Below the pieces are notes generated by a model. The model was not told where the DNA came from. It searched no databases and saw only the letters and a program-made list of their open reading frames with translations. Shown here piece by piece: positions 29,750-40,639 of a DNA stretch of 64,000 nucleotides (its first letter is position 1; the number at the start of each line of letters is the position of its first letter). The position numbers were made by a program, and so were the translations under genes. The stretch comes from Patescibacteria group bacterium (lineage in GTDB: Bacteria > Patescibacteriota > Patescibacteriia > UM-FILTER-42-10): the NCBI GenBank assembly GCA_041664365.1, contig JBAYKW010000001.1:308465-372464 (forward strand), written 5' to 3'.

Positions 29750-31021
29750 ATGAATGACCCAATAATTGAAGTAAATAATCTATCAAAGAAATATATCATA
29801 TCTCGTAATCTCCCTTACGAAACTTTACGCGATACTGTTACGGATTTAGCTAAAAAGCCATTTCGATTATTGCGAGGACAAAAGAAAACTAAAAAAGAAG
29901 AATTTTGGGCACTCAAGGATGTAAATTTTTCCATAAATCAAGGAGAGCGAATTGGTATTATTGGCAGAAATGGTGCAGGTAAAAGCACCTTATTAAAAAT
30001 TCTTTCACAGATTACTCATCCTACAAGCGGTGAAATAAAGTTGCGTGGTAAAGTAGCAAGTTTATTAGAGGTTGGCACAGGTTTTCATCCGGAACTCACC
30101 GGGAGAGAAAATATTTTTTTGAACGGGGCAATCTTAGGTATGAAGCAATCGGAAATAAGGAAAAAATTTGATGAAATTGTAGCATTTGCAGAAATTGAAA
30201 AATTTATAGATACCCCTGTAAAACGCTATTCGAGCGGGATGTATGTCCGTTTAGCATTTGCAGTTGCGGCTCATCTTGAACCCGATATTTTAATTGTTGA
30301 TGAAGTTTTAGCAGTCGGAGATTCCCAGTTTCAAAAAAAATGTATCGGTAAAATGGAAGAAGTAGGTCGAGGAGGACGAACAGTAATTTTTGTAAGTCAT
30401 AACATGGATGCTATTACACGTTTATGTAATACTGTTATTTATTTAGTCGATGGCAAAATCAAATATTTTGGCCCGACTGAACAAGCAATTGCCACATATT
30501 TCAAATCAGATTCGGGAAATACTTCAAGACGCACGTGGTCTGATATAAACAAGGCACCTAGTGACAATTTTGTACGTCTTTTAAGTGTAAGTGTGCATAC
30601 CGAAAACAACAAAATTTCCGAAAGTTTTGATATTAGAAATAAAATTGGGATTTCAATGGATTATGAAGTTTTAGAAGAAGGTTGTATTTTTACGGAAGGT
30701 TGTAATTTATTTAATGCGCAGGGGGTTAATATATTTGATTCTCACGACGTAACATCTGATTTGAGGATATTGCCACGCCACAGGGGTTACTATTCTTCAA
30801 CCATGTGGATACCTGGCAACTTTCTTTCTGAGGGAATGCACACGGTTGGTGTTGCAATATTAAAACACGATCCCTTCACCGTACACATACAAGAAACAAA
30901 CGCAGTCGCTTTTAATGTTATTGACGATATCGAAGGTGGTTCGGCAAGAGGAAATTATGGTGGCAGTTTTCCGGGGGCAGTTAGACCACTTCTGCAATGG
31001 AACACTGTCAGAATTAAGTAG
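29750..31021 (+). CDS. wzt: Polysaccharide ABC exporter ATPase with C-terminal carbohydrate-binding domain
   Basis: GRNGAGKST, YSSGM, DEVLAVGD, plus a C-terminal Wzt_C extension. Confidence 0.95.
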   Translation: MNDPIIEVNNLSKKYIISRNLPYETLRDTVTDLAKKPFRLLRGQKKTKKEEFWALKDVNFSINQGERIGIIGRNGAGKSTLLKILSQITHPTSGEIKLRGKVASLLEVGTGFHPELTGRENIFLNGAILGMKQSEIRKKFDEIVAFAEIEKFIDTPVKRYSSGMYVRLAFAVAAHLEPDILIVDEVLAVGDSQFQKKCIGKMEEVGRGGRTVIFVSHNMDAITRLCNTVIYLVDGKIKYFGPTEQAIATYFKSDSGNTSRRTWSDINKAPSDNFVRLLSVSVHTENNKISESFDIRNKIGISMDYEVLEEGCIFTEGCNLFNAQGVNIFDSHDVTSDLRILPRHRGYYSSTMWIPGNFLSEGMHTVGVAILKHDPFTVHIQETNAVAFNVIDDIEGGSARGNYGGSFPGAVRPLLQWNTVRIK

Positions 31022-31181
31022 GTTAATTAGATGCGAATAAAATCTGGGAGACTGATAGTAATAAATATTATTTAGTTGACATTCACCGATCTGAATATCT
31101 TAGGGTTCTGTATATTTATGGATGCTGGCTTGAGTAATTAGTTTCAATCGTAAAATTATATTAACATTATTTATCTTTCAT

Positions 31182-31814
31182 ATGAAGTTTGTAAATAAAA
31201 ATAGCGAGGAAGTAAAATTCGATACCAATTCAATTTGTGCAGGTCATCATAATATTACTTATCGAGGTGTTAAAGCAATTCGTTGCCCTTTTGACTATGT
31301 TTTATATCAGATGATTTTACATGAAATAAAACCTGATCTTGTTATTGAAATAGGAACCAATATTGGTGGTGGTGCTTTATATATTGCCGATATCTTAGAT
31401 GTCATCGGAAAAGGAATAGTTCATACAATTGACATACAAAAACAATCAGATGATTTATTGCAGGACCACAAAAGAATTCGTCTATTCACCGAAGGATGGG
31501 AAAAATATGATCTAAAAGAAGCTGAAGGGTTTAATACTGTTTTAGTAATTGAAGATGCTTCGCACATTTACGAAGATACTCTGAATTCAATCAAAAAGTT
31601 TGCGCCACTTGTATCCCAAAATTCATATCTGATTGTTGAAGATGGGATTGTTAATGAGTTGGGAATGTCAAAAGAATATCATGGCGGTCCATTGAAAGCT
31701 ATAAATGAATTTATGAAAAGTAACGATAATTTTGTTATTGATCGTAAATGGTGTGATTTCTTCGGAAAAAATGCCACCTTTAATGTTAACGGCTATTTAA
31801 AAAAGATAAAATAA
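31182..31814 (+). CDS. CmcI family (rhamnosyl O-)methyltransferase
   Basis: YQMILHEIKPDLVIEIGT..GG, EDASH, YLIVED, GP. Confidence 0.85.
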   Translation: MKFVNKNSEEVKFDTNSICAGHHNITYRGVKAIRCPFDYVLYQMILHEIKPDLVIEIGTNIGGGALYIADILDVIGKGIVHTIDIQKQSDDLLQDHKRIRLFTEGWEKYDLKEAEGFNTVLVIEDASHIYEDTLNSIKKFAPLVSQNSYLIVEDGIVNELGMSKEYHGGPLKAINEFMKSNDNFVIDRKWCDFFGKNATFNVNGYLKKIK

Positions 31815-31820
31815 TCTATT

Positions 31821-32522
31821 ATGCTTATTAAAAACATTCTTAGAAAAATATATTTCAAATTTTTCAATAAACCTGCCGCAAGCGGAGAACTTGAAGGAAA
31901 TGGTGAAAGAGTTGATATTAAATACCAAAAAGATGCTCAATTTGATAAATTTGATTTATATCAAAAATCTCATTATCGTCGTTATGAATTTGCCAGAGAT
32001 TACATAACTACGGGTTCTGTCTGTGGTGATTTTGCATGCGGGACGGGCTATGGTTCGATGATGCTTGCTGAAAAATCCCAAAAAGTAATTGGAGTTGATT
32101 TGAATTCAGAGGTAATTGAAAAAATAAAAGAAAGATATGCAAACGTAAAAAATGTTGAATTTATCAATTCGAATCTTTTAGACCTTAAATACTCACTTGA
32201 ATTTGACTCGATTATTTCATTTGAGACTATTGAACATTTGATGGAAGATGATATTGTCAAACTTCTAAATATTTACCATAAGGCATTGAAACTTGGCGGT
32301 AAATTAATTTTCTCAACACCTTACATGCAAGAAAGAAGCGAAAACGCAATAAAACTTGGCTTCCATCAAACCTTCTATATTAATGAAGAAAAAATTATGC
32401 AATGGCTGAAAGCAACCGGTTTTACTATAGAATGTTTCAAGTATCAAAATTATCAAACACACTTAATTCAAGAAACTCTTGGCCATAAAGATTTTATCAT
32501 TAGTGTCGCCAAGAAAAATTAA
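31821..32522 (+). CDS. Class I SAM-dependent methyltransferase
   Basis: HYRRYEFA, DFACGTGYG, SFETIEH, FSTP. Confidence 0.88.
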   Translation: MLIKNILRKIYFKFFNKPAASGELEGNGERVDIKYQKDAQFDKFDLYQKSHYRRYEFARDYITTGSVCGDFACGTGYGSMMLAEKSQKVIGVDLNSEVIEKIKERYANVKNVEFINSNLLDLKYSLEFDSIISFETIEHLMEDDIVKLLNIYHKALKLGGKLIFSTPYMQERSENAIKLGFHQTFYINEEKIMQWLKATGFTIECFKYQNYQTHLIQETLGHKDFIISVAKKN

Positions 32523-32523
32523 T

Positions 32524-33459
32524 ATGTCATTACCAAAAGTCTCAATTTGCATTCCTGCTTACAAACAGATAAAGTTTTTACGAAAAAATCTTGAGTCAAT
32601 AAAATCGCAAACCTATCAGGATTATGAAATTATATTAACGGATGATTCACCGAATAATGACGTTAAGAATTTAGTGGAATTATTTGATTTTCAAGGTAAG
32701 TTGAGATATTATAAAAATTTAAAAACTTTAGGATCACCGGAAAATTGGAATGAAGCAATCCGGTATGCCACCGGAGAATACATTAAAATACTGCACCATG
32801 ATGATTGGTTTAAAAATAAAAACAGTTTATCAGAATTTGTAAAGATGCTGGATGAAAATCCAAATGCTGATTTTGCATTTTGCCCTTCCTTTGTTCAATA
32901 TGCTAAAGACGGCCGAACTAGGATACATGATATTTCATTTGAACAGCGTATCTCATTAAAAACAGAGCCAACTTCCCTTTTTTATGGAAATATCATCGGC
33001 TCACCAAGTGCTACGATACATCGCCGTAAAGTAAATATACTATTCGATAAGAATTTAAAATGGACTGTTGATTTTGATTTCTATATCAGCATTCTTAATA
33101 AGAACAGTCATTTTGCTTTCAATCCACAACCGTTAATTGTAAACATTACCGAAGCAGAGCACAATGTCACTAATGATTGTATATATAATAAGCAAGCTGA
33201 TATTTTTGAATACTTTTATGTTTATAACAAAATCCGAAATGTCATCCCTACAACACGGAAGAAAAAGTATGTAGCAATGTTGAGTGACATAGTAGCTCAC
33301 TACCGAGTAAAATCCATAAAAGAGATTCGGGATTGTGGCTATCAGAATGACGTGCCAAGATTTGTTAGCTTTCTAATTTTTTTAAACAACTTTCTACCGA
33401 CTACTGTTATTAAATATTGCATTGCAAAATACGATCGTAGTCACAAGGCAGTTATGTAA
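32524..33459 (+). CDS. Glycosyltransferase family 2
   Basis: MSLPKVSICIPAY, TDDS, NWN, ILHHDD, GSPS; ATG 32524 preferred over TTG 32479. Confidence 0.88.
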   Translation: MSLPKVSICIPAYKQIKFLRKNLESIKSQTYQDYEIILTDDSPNNDVKNLVELFDFQGKLRYYKNLKTLGSPENWNEAIRYATGEYIKILHHDDWFKNKNSLSEFVKMLDENPNADFAFCPSFVQYAKDGRTRIHDISFEQRISLKTEPTSLFYGNIIGSPSATIHRRKVNILFDKNLKWTVDFDFYISILNKNSHFAFNPQPLIVNITEAEHNVTNDCIYNKQADIFEYFYVYNKIRNVIPTTRKKKYVAMLSDIVAHYRVKSIKEIRDCGYQNDVPRFVSFLIFLNNFLPTTVIKYCIAKYDRSHKAVM

Positions 33460-33530
33460 GTAAATTAATTTATTATCTGAGTAACATATTATTAGCACAA
33501 ATATGTTTCTAATAAATTGCATATGAACAA

Positions 33531-35507
33531 ATGATCATCCATAATTCTGTTCAAAATAAATCATTTATCGACGTTATTATACCTGTATACAACGGGCAGG
33601 ATTTTATCATTCAGGCAATTCAATCAGTTGAAAAGCAAACTTACCCGCCTAATAAAATTATTATTATTGATGACGGTTCAACAGACGACACGGCCAATTT
33701 CATTAATAGTCATCGAGGAATAATTCCTATTCAATATATTAAAAAAGAACATGGCGGTCTTAGTTCGGCTCGAAACAAAGGAATCCAGAATTCCACGAAC
33801 GAGTATATTGCTTTTTTAGATGCAGACGATGAGTGGTATCCCAACAAGCTTGAAGAGCAAATAAAACTATTTCATAACAAAACAAACGAAAATCTTGGGG
33901 TTGTGTACTGCCAATACGATATTATAAATGAGGCTGGACATTTAACAGATAAGTACTATATACAGCAAGCTGATCCTCTCCTCCGGGGGGGTATATTTAA
34001 AAAACTTCTTCCATTAAATAAAATAACCGGCAGTGCAAGTGGTGTTTTAGTTAAAAGAGAATGCTTTGATAAGACTAGTTTATTTGATGAAAAAATGACC
34101 GCATATGAAGATTGGGATATGTGGCTTCGTTTGGCAGAATACTACGAATTTGATTTTGTCAATATTAATTTAGTAAAAATTCGTCGGTACAGCAAAAATA
34201 TGCAAAATGATAAATTGCATATGTTTTCTAATGCGCTTACTTTTTACAATAAATGGATATTAATTTTACCAGAAAAAATAAACATTCCACGTATTTGGGC
34301 AGAAATAATTATCGAAAAAGTATTAACAAGATTACCAAGAGTAGATTTTATTAAATTATTAAACAAACATTTATCGAAATCATCCCGAAAAAAATTAATA
34401 AAGCTTGCAATTTGTGATCTTAAAGTGTATCTTTTAAAACAATTTATTTCAATCCCCTATTATATGCTTATAAATATTGCCGGACCAATAAAAAATATTA
34501 CCGTTCGCTTTATATCATCATTATTTAATCGATGCGGTCGATTACCTATATATATTTTCGATAGATTACAAAAATTTGTCTGGCGGTATTTTCCACCCCA
34601 CGTATTAAAAAGCAATCCAGGGAAGGAATCATTTATCTTCACTGAAATATATGGATGCGCCAAAATTGGAAAAATCGCTTTGGATTCTTTTTCTGTTCAT
34701 CATCCTAATACTACCGTTCACATATTTGGAACACCAAATGATTTCAATCAAATAGAAAAACGTACCAATTTTATTTTTCATGATATTAGTGCTGAAAAAT
34801 TAATAATCCATAATTTTAATTATGGTCATTTGGGAACAGCAAGTTTATGGGCAAAAGTTATTTTGGATCGAAAAGAAAAATATATCATTCATTTTGACAG
34901 TGACGTAATTTTCCGAGACAGGGTTTTTGATGATATAATCAAAAAATTAATAGAGGGTTACAGTATTGTCGGCCCAATAAGAAATTATAAACATAACCCA
35001 AATAATCGTGATGATATACGACATTTACCAGATCTCACTCAAACCCTTTGCTTTGGCTTTGATCGCGAAAAAATTACGGGATATAACTATAAAACGTTAA
35101 CAAAAATGTGCCAAGGAGGTTACAACCCGCTTGGCCACCCAGTCATAGATTTTTTTGATCCTGTTATGTTTGATATATTGCATAATAGAGGAACTGTCTA
35201 TCATCTAAATCAAGATGAATTTGGGGGATGTGATTTCTATGGAAAACGAGTAAATAAATATCCTGCAATTAACGCTTTAATAGATTTTGGCAATCGGTTA
35301 GCACATTTTGCTGCAGTAGGATCAGGGATGTATTATTTTAACAATAAAGATAAAATATTAGACAATATACCAAAATCATATGTTAATTTCGCGATTGAGA
35401 AATACGCAATATTTTGTAAAATATTCTATAATGAAGATCTAAATATTACTTACGATAAAGACAAATATCAACCGCTATTATCGATTAAGGACTGGTATAA
35501 TAAATAA
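33531..35507 (+). CDS. Two-domain glycosyltransferase (GT2 plus a second GT-A-like domain)
   Basis: N-half VIIPVYN/DDGSTD/FLDADD/EDWDMW; C-half IIHFDSDVIF. Confidence 0.82.
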   Translation: MIIHNSVQNKSFIDVIIPVYNGQDFIIQAIQSVEKQTYPPNKIIIIDDGSTDDTANFINSHRGIIPIQYIKKEHGGLSSARNKGIQNSTNEYIAFLDADDEWYPNKLEEQIKLFHNKTNENLGVVYCQYDIINEAGHLTDKYYIQQADPLLRGGIFKKLLPLNKITGSASGVLVKRECFDKTSLFDEKMTAYEDWDMWLRLAEYYEFDFVNINLVKIRRYSKNMQNDKLHMFSNALTFYNKWILILPEKINIPRIWAEIIIEKVLTRLPRVDFIKLLNKHLSKSSRKKLIKLAICDLKVYLLKQFISIPYYMLINIAGPIKNITVRFISSLFNRCGRLPIYIFDRLQKFVWRYFPPHVLKSNPGKESFIFTEIYGCAKIGKIALDSFSVHHPNTTVHIFGTPNDFNQIEKRTNFIFHDISAEKLIIHNFNYGHLGTASLWAKVILDRKEKYIIHFDSDVIFRDRVFDDIIKKLIEGYSIVGPIRNYKHNPNNRDDIRHLPDLTQTLCFGFDREKITGYNYKTLTKMCQGGYNPLGHPVIDFFDPVMFDILHNRGTVYHLNQDEFGGCDFYGKRVNKYPAINALIDFGNRLAHFAAVGSGMYYFNNKDKILDNIPKSYVNFAIEKYAIFCKIFYNEDLNITYDKDKYQPLLSIKDWYNK

Positions 35508-35531
35508 GCAAACAATGATAAACCAGTATAA

Positions 35532-36527
35532 ATGAAAAAATACCTCCTATGCCCCTTTGGTGATTATGACTTAAACAATAAGGTTTTTGAAAGTCCTTAT
35601 GGAATTTTGCGTGATTTGCTTTTACAAAAAGATATTTCTCTAGATACTTATGATTTGGGAAATATTGAGACTGCCGATGCAATTCTCTTTTTCAATCATC
35701 ATGAAGAATTACTGAGAAAGTGTGAAGCGAGTGGCGTGAAGAAAGAACGACTGATACTCTTTCTCTTTGAGCCTGAAGTTGTTATACCAAAACAATATAG
35801 TAAAATAATATTGAATCGTTATGGAAAGATATTTACTTATCGAGATGATTTAATAGATAATCATTTGTTTTTTAAACTGCGATACCCTCAAGGCCAACAA
35901 TTGCTACCAACTCTTACGACTTTTGCTGAACGTAAATTTCTCACATTCATGAACGCAAACAAATATAGCTATGTAGATAATGAGATTTATTCCTTTCGAA
36001 GGCAAGCTATCCGCTACTTTGATAACATTAACTTTCAGTTTGATATTTACGGACCGGGATGGAATGACAATAGTATATTCAACTGGCGTTATCTGGTGAC
36101 AGCAATAAAAGCAGCCAAGGTAGGACAATACTTAAAAGATGCGTATGACGGATTGCATCACTACCAGAGTTACCGAGGTACAGTAGATGATAAATATTCT
36201 ACTTTAGCACAATATAAATTTGTCTTATGTTTTGAAAATGAAAAAAATGTTGAGGGCTGGATTTCTGAAAAAATATTTGATTGTTTATTTACTGGTGCTA
36301 TCCCCATTTATTTAGGTGCCAGCAATATAGAAAAATATGTCCCCTCTGAATGTTTCATTGATATGCGCCAATTTAAAAGCTTTTCCGATCTTAACGACAA
36401 TCTTTCCAAAATTGACGAACCTCAATTTTTAAAATATCAAAATGCTGGACAAGATTTTATTCGAAGTTCTGTATTTGAGCAGTGGCAACCAAAAGGCGTA
36501 TTTGAAGAAATCATAAAAGCTCTATGA
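35532..36527 (+). CDS. Glycosyltransferase family 10
   Basis: FEP, YKFVLCFEN...WISEKIFDC..GAIPIYLG. Confidence 0.87.
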   Translation: MKKYLLCPFGDYDLNNKVFESPYGILRDLLLQKDISLDTYDLGNIETADAILFFNHHEELLRKCEASGVKKERLILFLFEPEVVIPKQYSKIILNRYGKIFTYRDDLIDNHLFFKLRYPQGQQLLPTLTTFAERKFLTFMNANKYSYVDNEIYSFRRQAIRYFDNINFQFDIYGPGWNDNSIFNWRYLVTAIKAAKVGQYLKDAYDGLHHYQSYRGTVDDKYSTLAQYKFVLCFENEKNVEGWISEKIFDCLFTGAIPIYLGASNIEKYVPSECFIDMRQFKSFSDLNDNLSKIDEPQFLKYQNAGQDFIRSSVFEQWQPKGVFEEIIKAL

Positions 36528-37453
36528 TTAATCCACCCATTATTAGCGTAATTCTACCAGTTTACAATGGCGAAAAATATCTACGTGAATCCATTGAAAG
36601 TATTCGCAACCAAACTTTTACAGCTTGGGAACTAATTATTGTGAATGACGGATCGAGCGACAAAAGTGCCATAATTGCTCAGGCAATGTCTTCAGATGAT
36701 CCCCGTATTAAATATTTTGAACATAGTCAAAACAAAGGACTTCCCAACACTCTAAACACCGGATTACAAAAAGTAAGTGGAAAATATATTGCACGCATGG
36801 ACCAAGATGATATTTCTCTTCCAGATCGTTTTGAAAGACAGTATCACTTTCTTGAGCAAAACCCGGATATTTTTCTCGTTGGTGGCGGATATGCACCTTT
36901 TAATAATCAAGGACATCGAATTGATATTTTTCATCCAGAATCTAGTTTGGAAATTGCCTGGAAGTTTATTACCAATACATATTTTTGTCATCCATCGGTT
37001 ATGTTTCGAAAAGAAATTATCAACAAAATAGGTGAATATCCAAATACCGGCGCAGAAGATTTTGCCTTTTTCTCTAAAATAGTACACAAATATAAATGTA
37101 CAAACCTAAAAAGAATTGTAATCCAATATCGTGAACACCCTGAAAATCTGTCACACCAAACAAAGGACAAAATCCTAGCAAGCGTAAAGGAAACCTTTCA
37201 TGAAAACTTTATTTTTTATACGAATTGTTTATGCAACGCGGATATTTTCTACCGCTACCAGTCAGAAAATAAGCTTACAATTAAAAATCTACTGAAAATT
37301 AATCGTATCAACCACATCATAATTAAGAAAATACAAAAGCAATACCAGTTACCATATTTCAGTAAAGAATATTTTATGCTTGTTTTGTTAATTCAAATTA
37401 AAAATATTCGATCTTTAATTAATAACTTGCTTACTTATAGGAATATTGACTAA
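36524..37453 (+). CDS. Glycosyltransferase family 2
   Basis: [27 protein letters not shown], AEDF. Confidence 0.92.
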   Translation: [309 protein letters not shown]

Positions 37454-37468
37454 TTTTTCAAATTATTT

Positions 37469-38344
37469 ATGATTATTACCAAAATTATCGGCGGATTAGG
37501 TAACCAGATGTTTCAATATGCATTAGGTTTTTCTTTAGCCAAAAAGAATAACTCAATTTGTAAATTGGATTTTAGCGGATTTTCTAGCTATAAACTTCAT
37601 AAATATTCACTGAATCACCTTAATATCCATTTAGATCAAGCCACTGAATCAGAAATCAACAATTTAAAAAACCCACCAGTTTCAATTAAAACAAAAATTA
37701 AGAACAAATTAGGCTTTTCGGGACGGCAGTTAGATCCTCACCATATTGTTGAAAAAGATTTTAGTTTTGACCAAAATATACTTAATTTAAGGGGAGACTA
37801 CTATCTTGACGGATATTGGCAAAGCGAAAAATATTTTATAGATTATCAAGATTTAATCCGGGATGAATTCAAGGTAAAATCGAATCCTGACATTGTAAAT
37901 AATGAATATATAGATAAAATTGCAAATTGTGATTCGGTTTCAATTCACATACGCCATGGGGATTACCTGACGAATAAGAAAACAAAATCTGTTCATGGAG
38001 TTTTACCGCTTGAATATTATCACAAAGCAATTGATATAATGGAAAAACAATTGCAAAACCCAAATTATTTTGTTTTTTCTGATGACATTGAGTGGGCTAG
38101 AACAAATATTCGTAAAGATATTCCAATATTCTTTTTAGACCATAATAACGCTGAAAATAATTACGAGGATATGAGATTGATGAGCACCTGCAAATGCAAC
38201 ATTATTGCCAACAGCTCATTTAGCTGGTGGGGCGCTTGGTTAAATAATAATCCCGATAAGCTTGTAATAGCACCTCAAAAATGGTTTGGTGAAAATACAA
38301 AAGAAACAAAAGACTTAATTCCAGAAAACTGGGTAAGAATATAA
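37469..38344 (+). CDS. Glycosyltransferase family 11 (alpha-1,2-fucosyl/colitosyltransferase)
   Basis: GGLGNQMFQYA, GYWQSEKYF, HIRHGDY, FSDD, NSSFSWWGAWL. Confidence 0.93.
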   Translation: MIITKIIGGLGNQMFQYALGFSLAKKNNSICKLDFSGFSSYKLHKYSLNHLNIHLDQATESEINNLKNPPVSIKTKIKNKLGFSGRQLDPHHIVEKDFSFDQNILNLRGDYYLDGYWQSEKYFIDYQDLIRDEFKVKSNPDIVNNEYIDKIANCDSVSIHIRHGDYLTNKKTKSVHGVLPLEYYHKAIDIMEKQLQNPNYFVFSDDIEWARTNIRKDIPIFFLDHNNAENNYEDMRLMSTCKCNIIANSSFSWWGAWLNNNPDKLVIAPQKWFGENTKETKDLIPENWVRI

Positions 38345-38348
38345 CCGA

Positions 38349-39266
38349 ATGAAAAAAACAATACTAATTTTAGGTGGAGAAGGATTTATTGGGAGGAATT
38401 TAATTGATGAGTTAAAAGATAATTGCAACATTATTTCATTTGATTTGGAGAAAAATGCTAAAAGCGATGATAAGATAACATTCTACAAAGGTAATTTCAC
38501 TTTTCAGCAAGATCTTGAAATAATATTTAAAGAAAATAAAATTGATATAGTTATTCATGCATTATCAACTACCATCCCCTCAAATTCTAATGCAAACATA
38601 ATATATGATATAAATTCTAATTTGGTAGCAACAATTGAACTGCTTGATCTGATGCGTAAATATTCAACTCCAAAAATTATCTTTATTTCTTCCGGCGGTA
38701 CTGTGTATGGATTATTAGATCATGAGCAAAGTGTTGTAACTGAAAATCAAGCGACAAATCCAATATGTTCATATGGAATTGTCAAACTTTCAATTGAGAA
38801 ATATATATATCTGTATAACTATTTATACGGGATAAATTACCTGGTTCTAAGATTTGCCAATCCCTACGGTAGATACCATAAATCCGATAAACAGGGATTG
38901 ATTAATGTAATTTTAAATAAAATCATTAACCATGAAACTGTAACTATTTGGGGAGATGGAAGCACTGTCAGAGATTACGTTTATATCAATGATTGCTCTT
39001 CTATAGTTAGGAATTTAATTGAGAAAAATATTTCAAACGAAACAATAAATATAGGTTCCGGGGTTGGATACTCCATTAACGATATTTTGAAAATTATTGA
39101 AAAGCAGATTGGCAATTTTAAAACTAATAGGCTGGAAACGCGCGATTTTGATGTGCCCAGCTTTATATTGGATAATAGTAAACTCCAATCAATAATTAAT
39201 CATACATTTACTAATATCGAGGAAGGGGTAAATAATACTTATAACTGGCTAAAAAACAATGAATAA
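38349..39266 (+). CDS. NAD-dependent sugar epimerase/dehydratase
   Basis: GGEGFIG, SSGGTVYG, YGIVK, WGDGSTVRDY. Confidence 0.9.
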   Translation: MKKTILILGGEGFIGRNLIDELKDNCNIISFDLEKNAKSDDKITFYKGNFTFQQDLEIIFKENKIDIVIHALSTTIPSNSNANIIYDINSNLVATIELLDLMRKYSTPKIIFISSGGTVYGLLDHEQSVVTENQATNPICSYGIVKLSIEKYIYLYNYLYGINYLVLRFANPYGRYHKSDKQGLINVILNKIINHETVTIWGDGSTVRDYVYINDCSSIVRNLIEKNISNETINIGSGVGYSINDILKIIEKQIGNFKTNRLETRDFDVPSFILDNSKLQSIINHTFTNIEEGVNNTYNWLKNNE

Positions 39267-39365
39267 GACACGAATTACTGTATTACAGCCGGAATACAGT
39301 GGTGAAAATGATATTAAGGAAGCAAGCAATGAAAAGCGTACTAAGTCAGACGTTCATTGATTCAC
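39259..39365 (+). pseudogene. Degenerate 5' remnant of a GT2 gene
   Basis: MNKTRITVLQPEYSGENDIKEA, then frameshifted MKSVLSQTF; compare [31 protein letters not shown] at 27275. Confidence 0.6.
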
Positions 39366-39430
39366 AGATTGATTTATGTCAAATAAAATAAAGATCATCA
39401 AAAGATAATATAATTTCATTTTTTAATATT

Positions 39431-40639
39431 GTGCAAAATAATAGACTTTCATTACTCATAATTTCCGAACCATTCCCTAATATAAACAATTCGTTTTTGG
39501 GTACTTTTGTAGTAAATCAAGTTAATGAATTAACTAAAAAATATAATGTTGTAGTAATAACCCTATACGGACCCTCAATATATAACTTGTTTGTGAAACA
39601 TCAGAAAAAGATAATTCATAAAGAAAATCTGACTATTTATTACATAAGATATTATCCTATGTGGATGGTTGGGCTAAGAGTCTTAAGGCTGATATCAGGA
39701 AAAACACTATGTTTACTAAACAAAAAGTACTCTTCAAAAAAAGTACTAAAACTTGCTGTAAAGATTAACCAAAAACACAAATTTGATTTAGTCCATGGAC
39801 ATGAAATATATATTGGAGATGAATCTTCAAAAGTAGGAAAAGCACTTAATATTCCTTCCATATTTACATTACACGGATTATATCAATATCATGTTCAATG
39901 TTTTGGGAAAAAAGTGGTTAATAAAGCCATCGAAAACTTGGCGCATTTTAACAAACTAATTTCTGTTTCCAAAATAGCGGCCAATTCGTATCTAAGCAAC
40001 GGCTTAAATCATATAAATTTCGAAATTATTCCCAACGGCATTACACTTAAGAACAATCTTAAACCAACAAACAGAATATCTTCTTTCACTAAAAATAAAA
40101 CTGTTCTGCTAACGGTTGGATTTTTCGTTCCAGAAAAAAGAATTAGTAAGTCAATCGAAGCCTTATATAGTTTGAAATTATCAGGTTATCGTGATATAGT
40201 TTTGCTGATTGTTGGGACTGGTAAGCTTAAATCAAAATTAGAAAGATTAGTAAAAAGATTAAATTTATCTGATTCAGTATTATTTACAGGACAGATATTA
40301 CCTGAACAAATGTCGTCGATCTATTCAGTCGCCAATATTCTAGTACATCCAAGTATTGTAGACAGTTTTTCAATGGTCTGCTTAGAGGCCATGTCATATG
40401 GAATACCAATAATCTGTACAAAGAATATTGGTCTAGTTGAATATATCCATCCTGGTCGCGATTCAATTGTTATTGAACCAGACAACCAAGAACAACTTCA
40501 GAAAGCAGTAAAGAAACTTATCGATGATTCTAATTTTCGAATTGCAATAAGTCAGCAAGGTAAATTGACTGCTCAAACTCTATCTTCTTATGAGCAAACA
40601 CTAAAAGTTGAAAATATTTATGAAACATTTATTTCCTGA
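39431..40639 (+). CDS. Glycosyltransferase family 4
   Basis: TLHG, IIPNG, EKR, DSFSMVCLEAMSYG. Confidence 0.9.
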   Translation: MQNNRLSLLIISEPFPNINNSFLGTFVVNQVNELTKKYNVVVITLYGPSIYNLFVKHQKKIIHKENLTIYYIRYYPMWMVGLRVLRLISGKTLCLLNKKYSSKKVLKLAVKINQKHKFDLVHGHEIYIGDESSKVGKALNIPSIFTLHGLYQYHVQCFGKKVVNKAIENLAHFNKLISVSKIAANSYLSNGLNHINFEIIPNGITLKNNLKPTNRISSFTKNKTVLLTVGFFVPEKRISKSIEALYSLKLSGYRDIVLLIVGTGKLKSKLERLVKRLNLSDSVLFTGQILPEQMSSIYSVANILVHPSIVDSFSMVCLEAMSYGIPIICTKNIGLVEYIHPGRDSIVIEPDNQEQLQKAVKKLIDDSNFRIAISQQGKLTAQTLSSYEQTLKVENIYETFIS

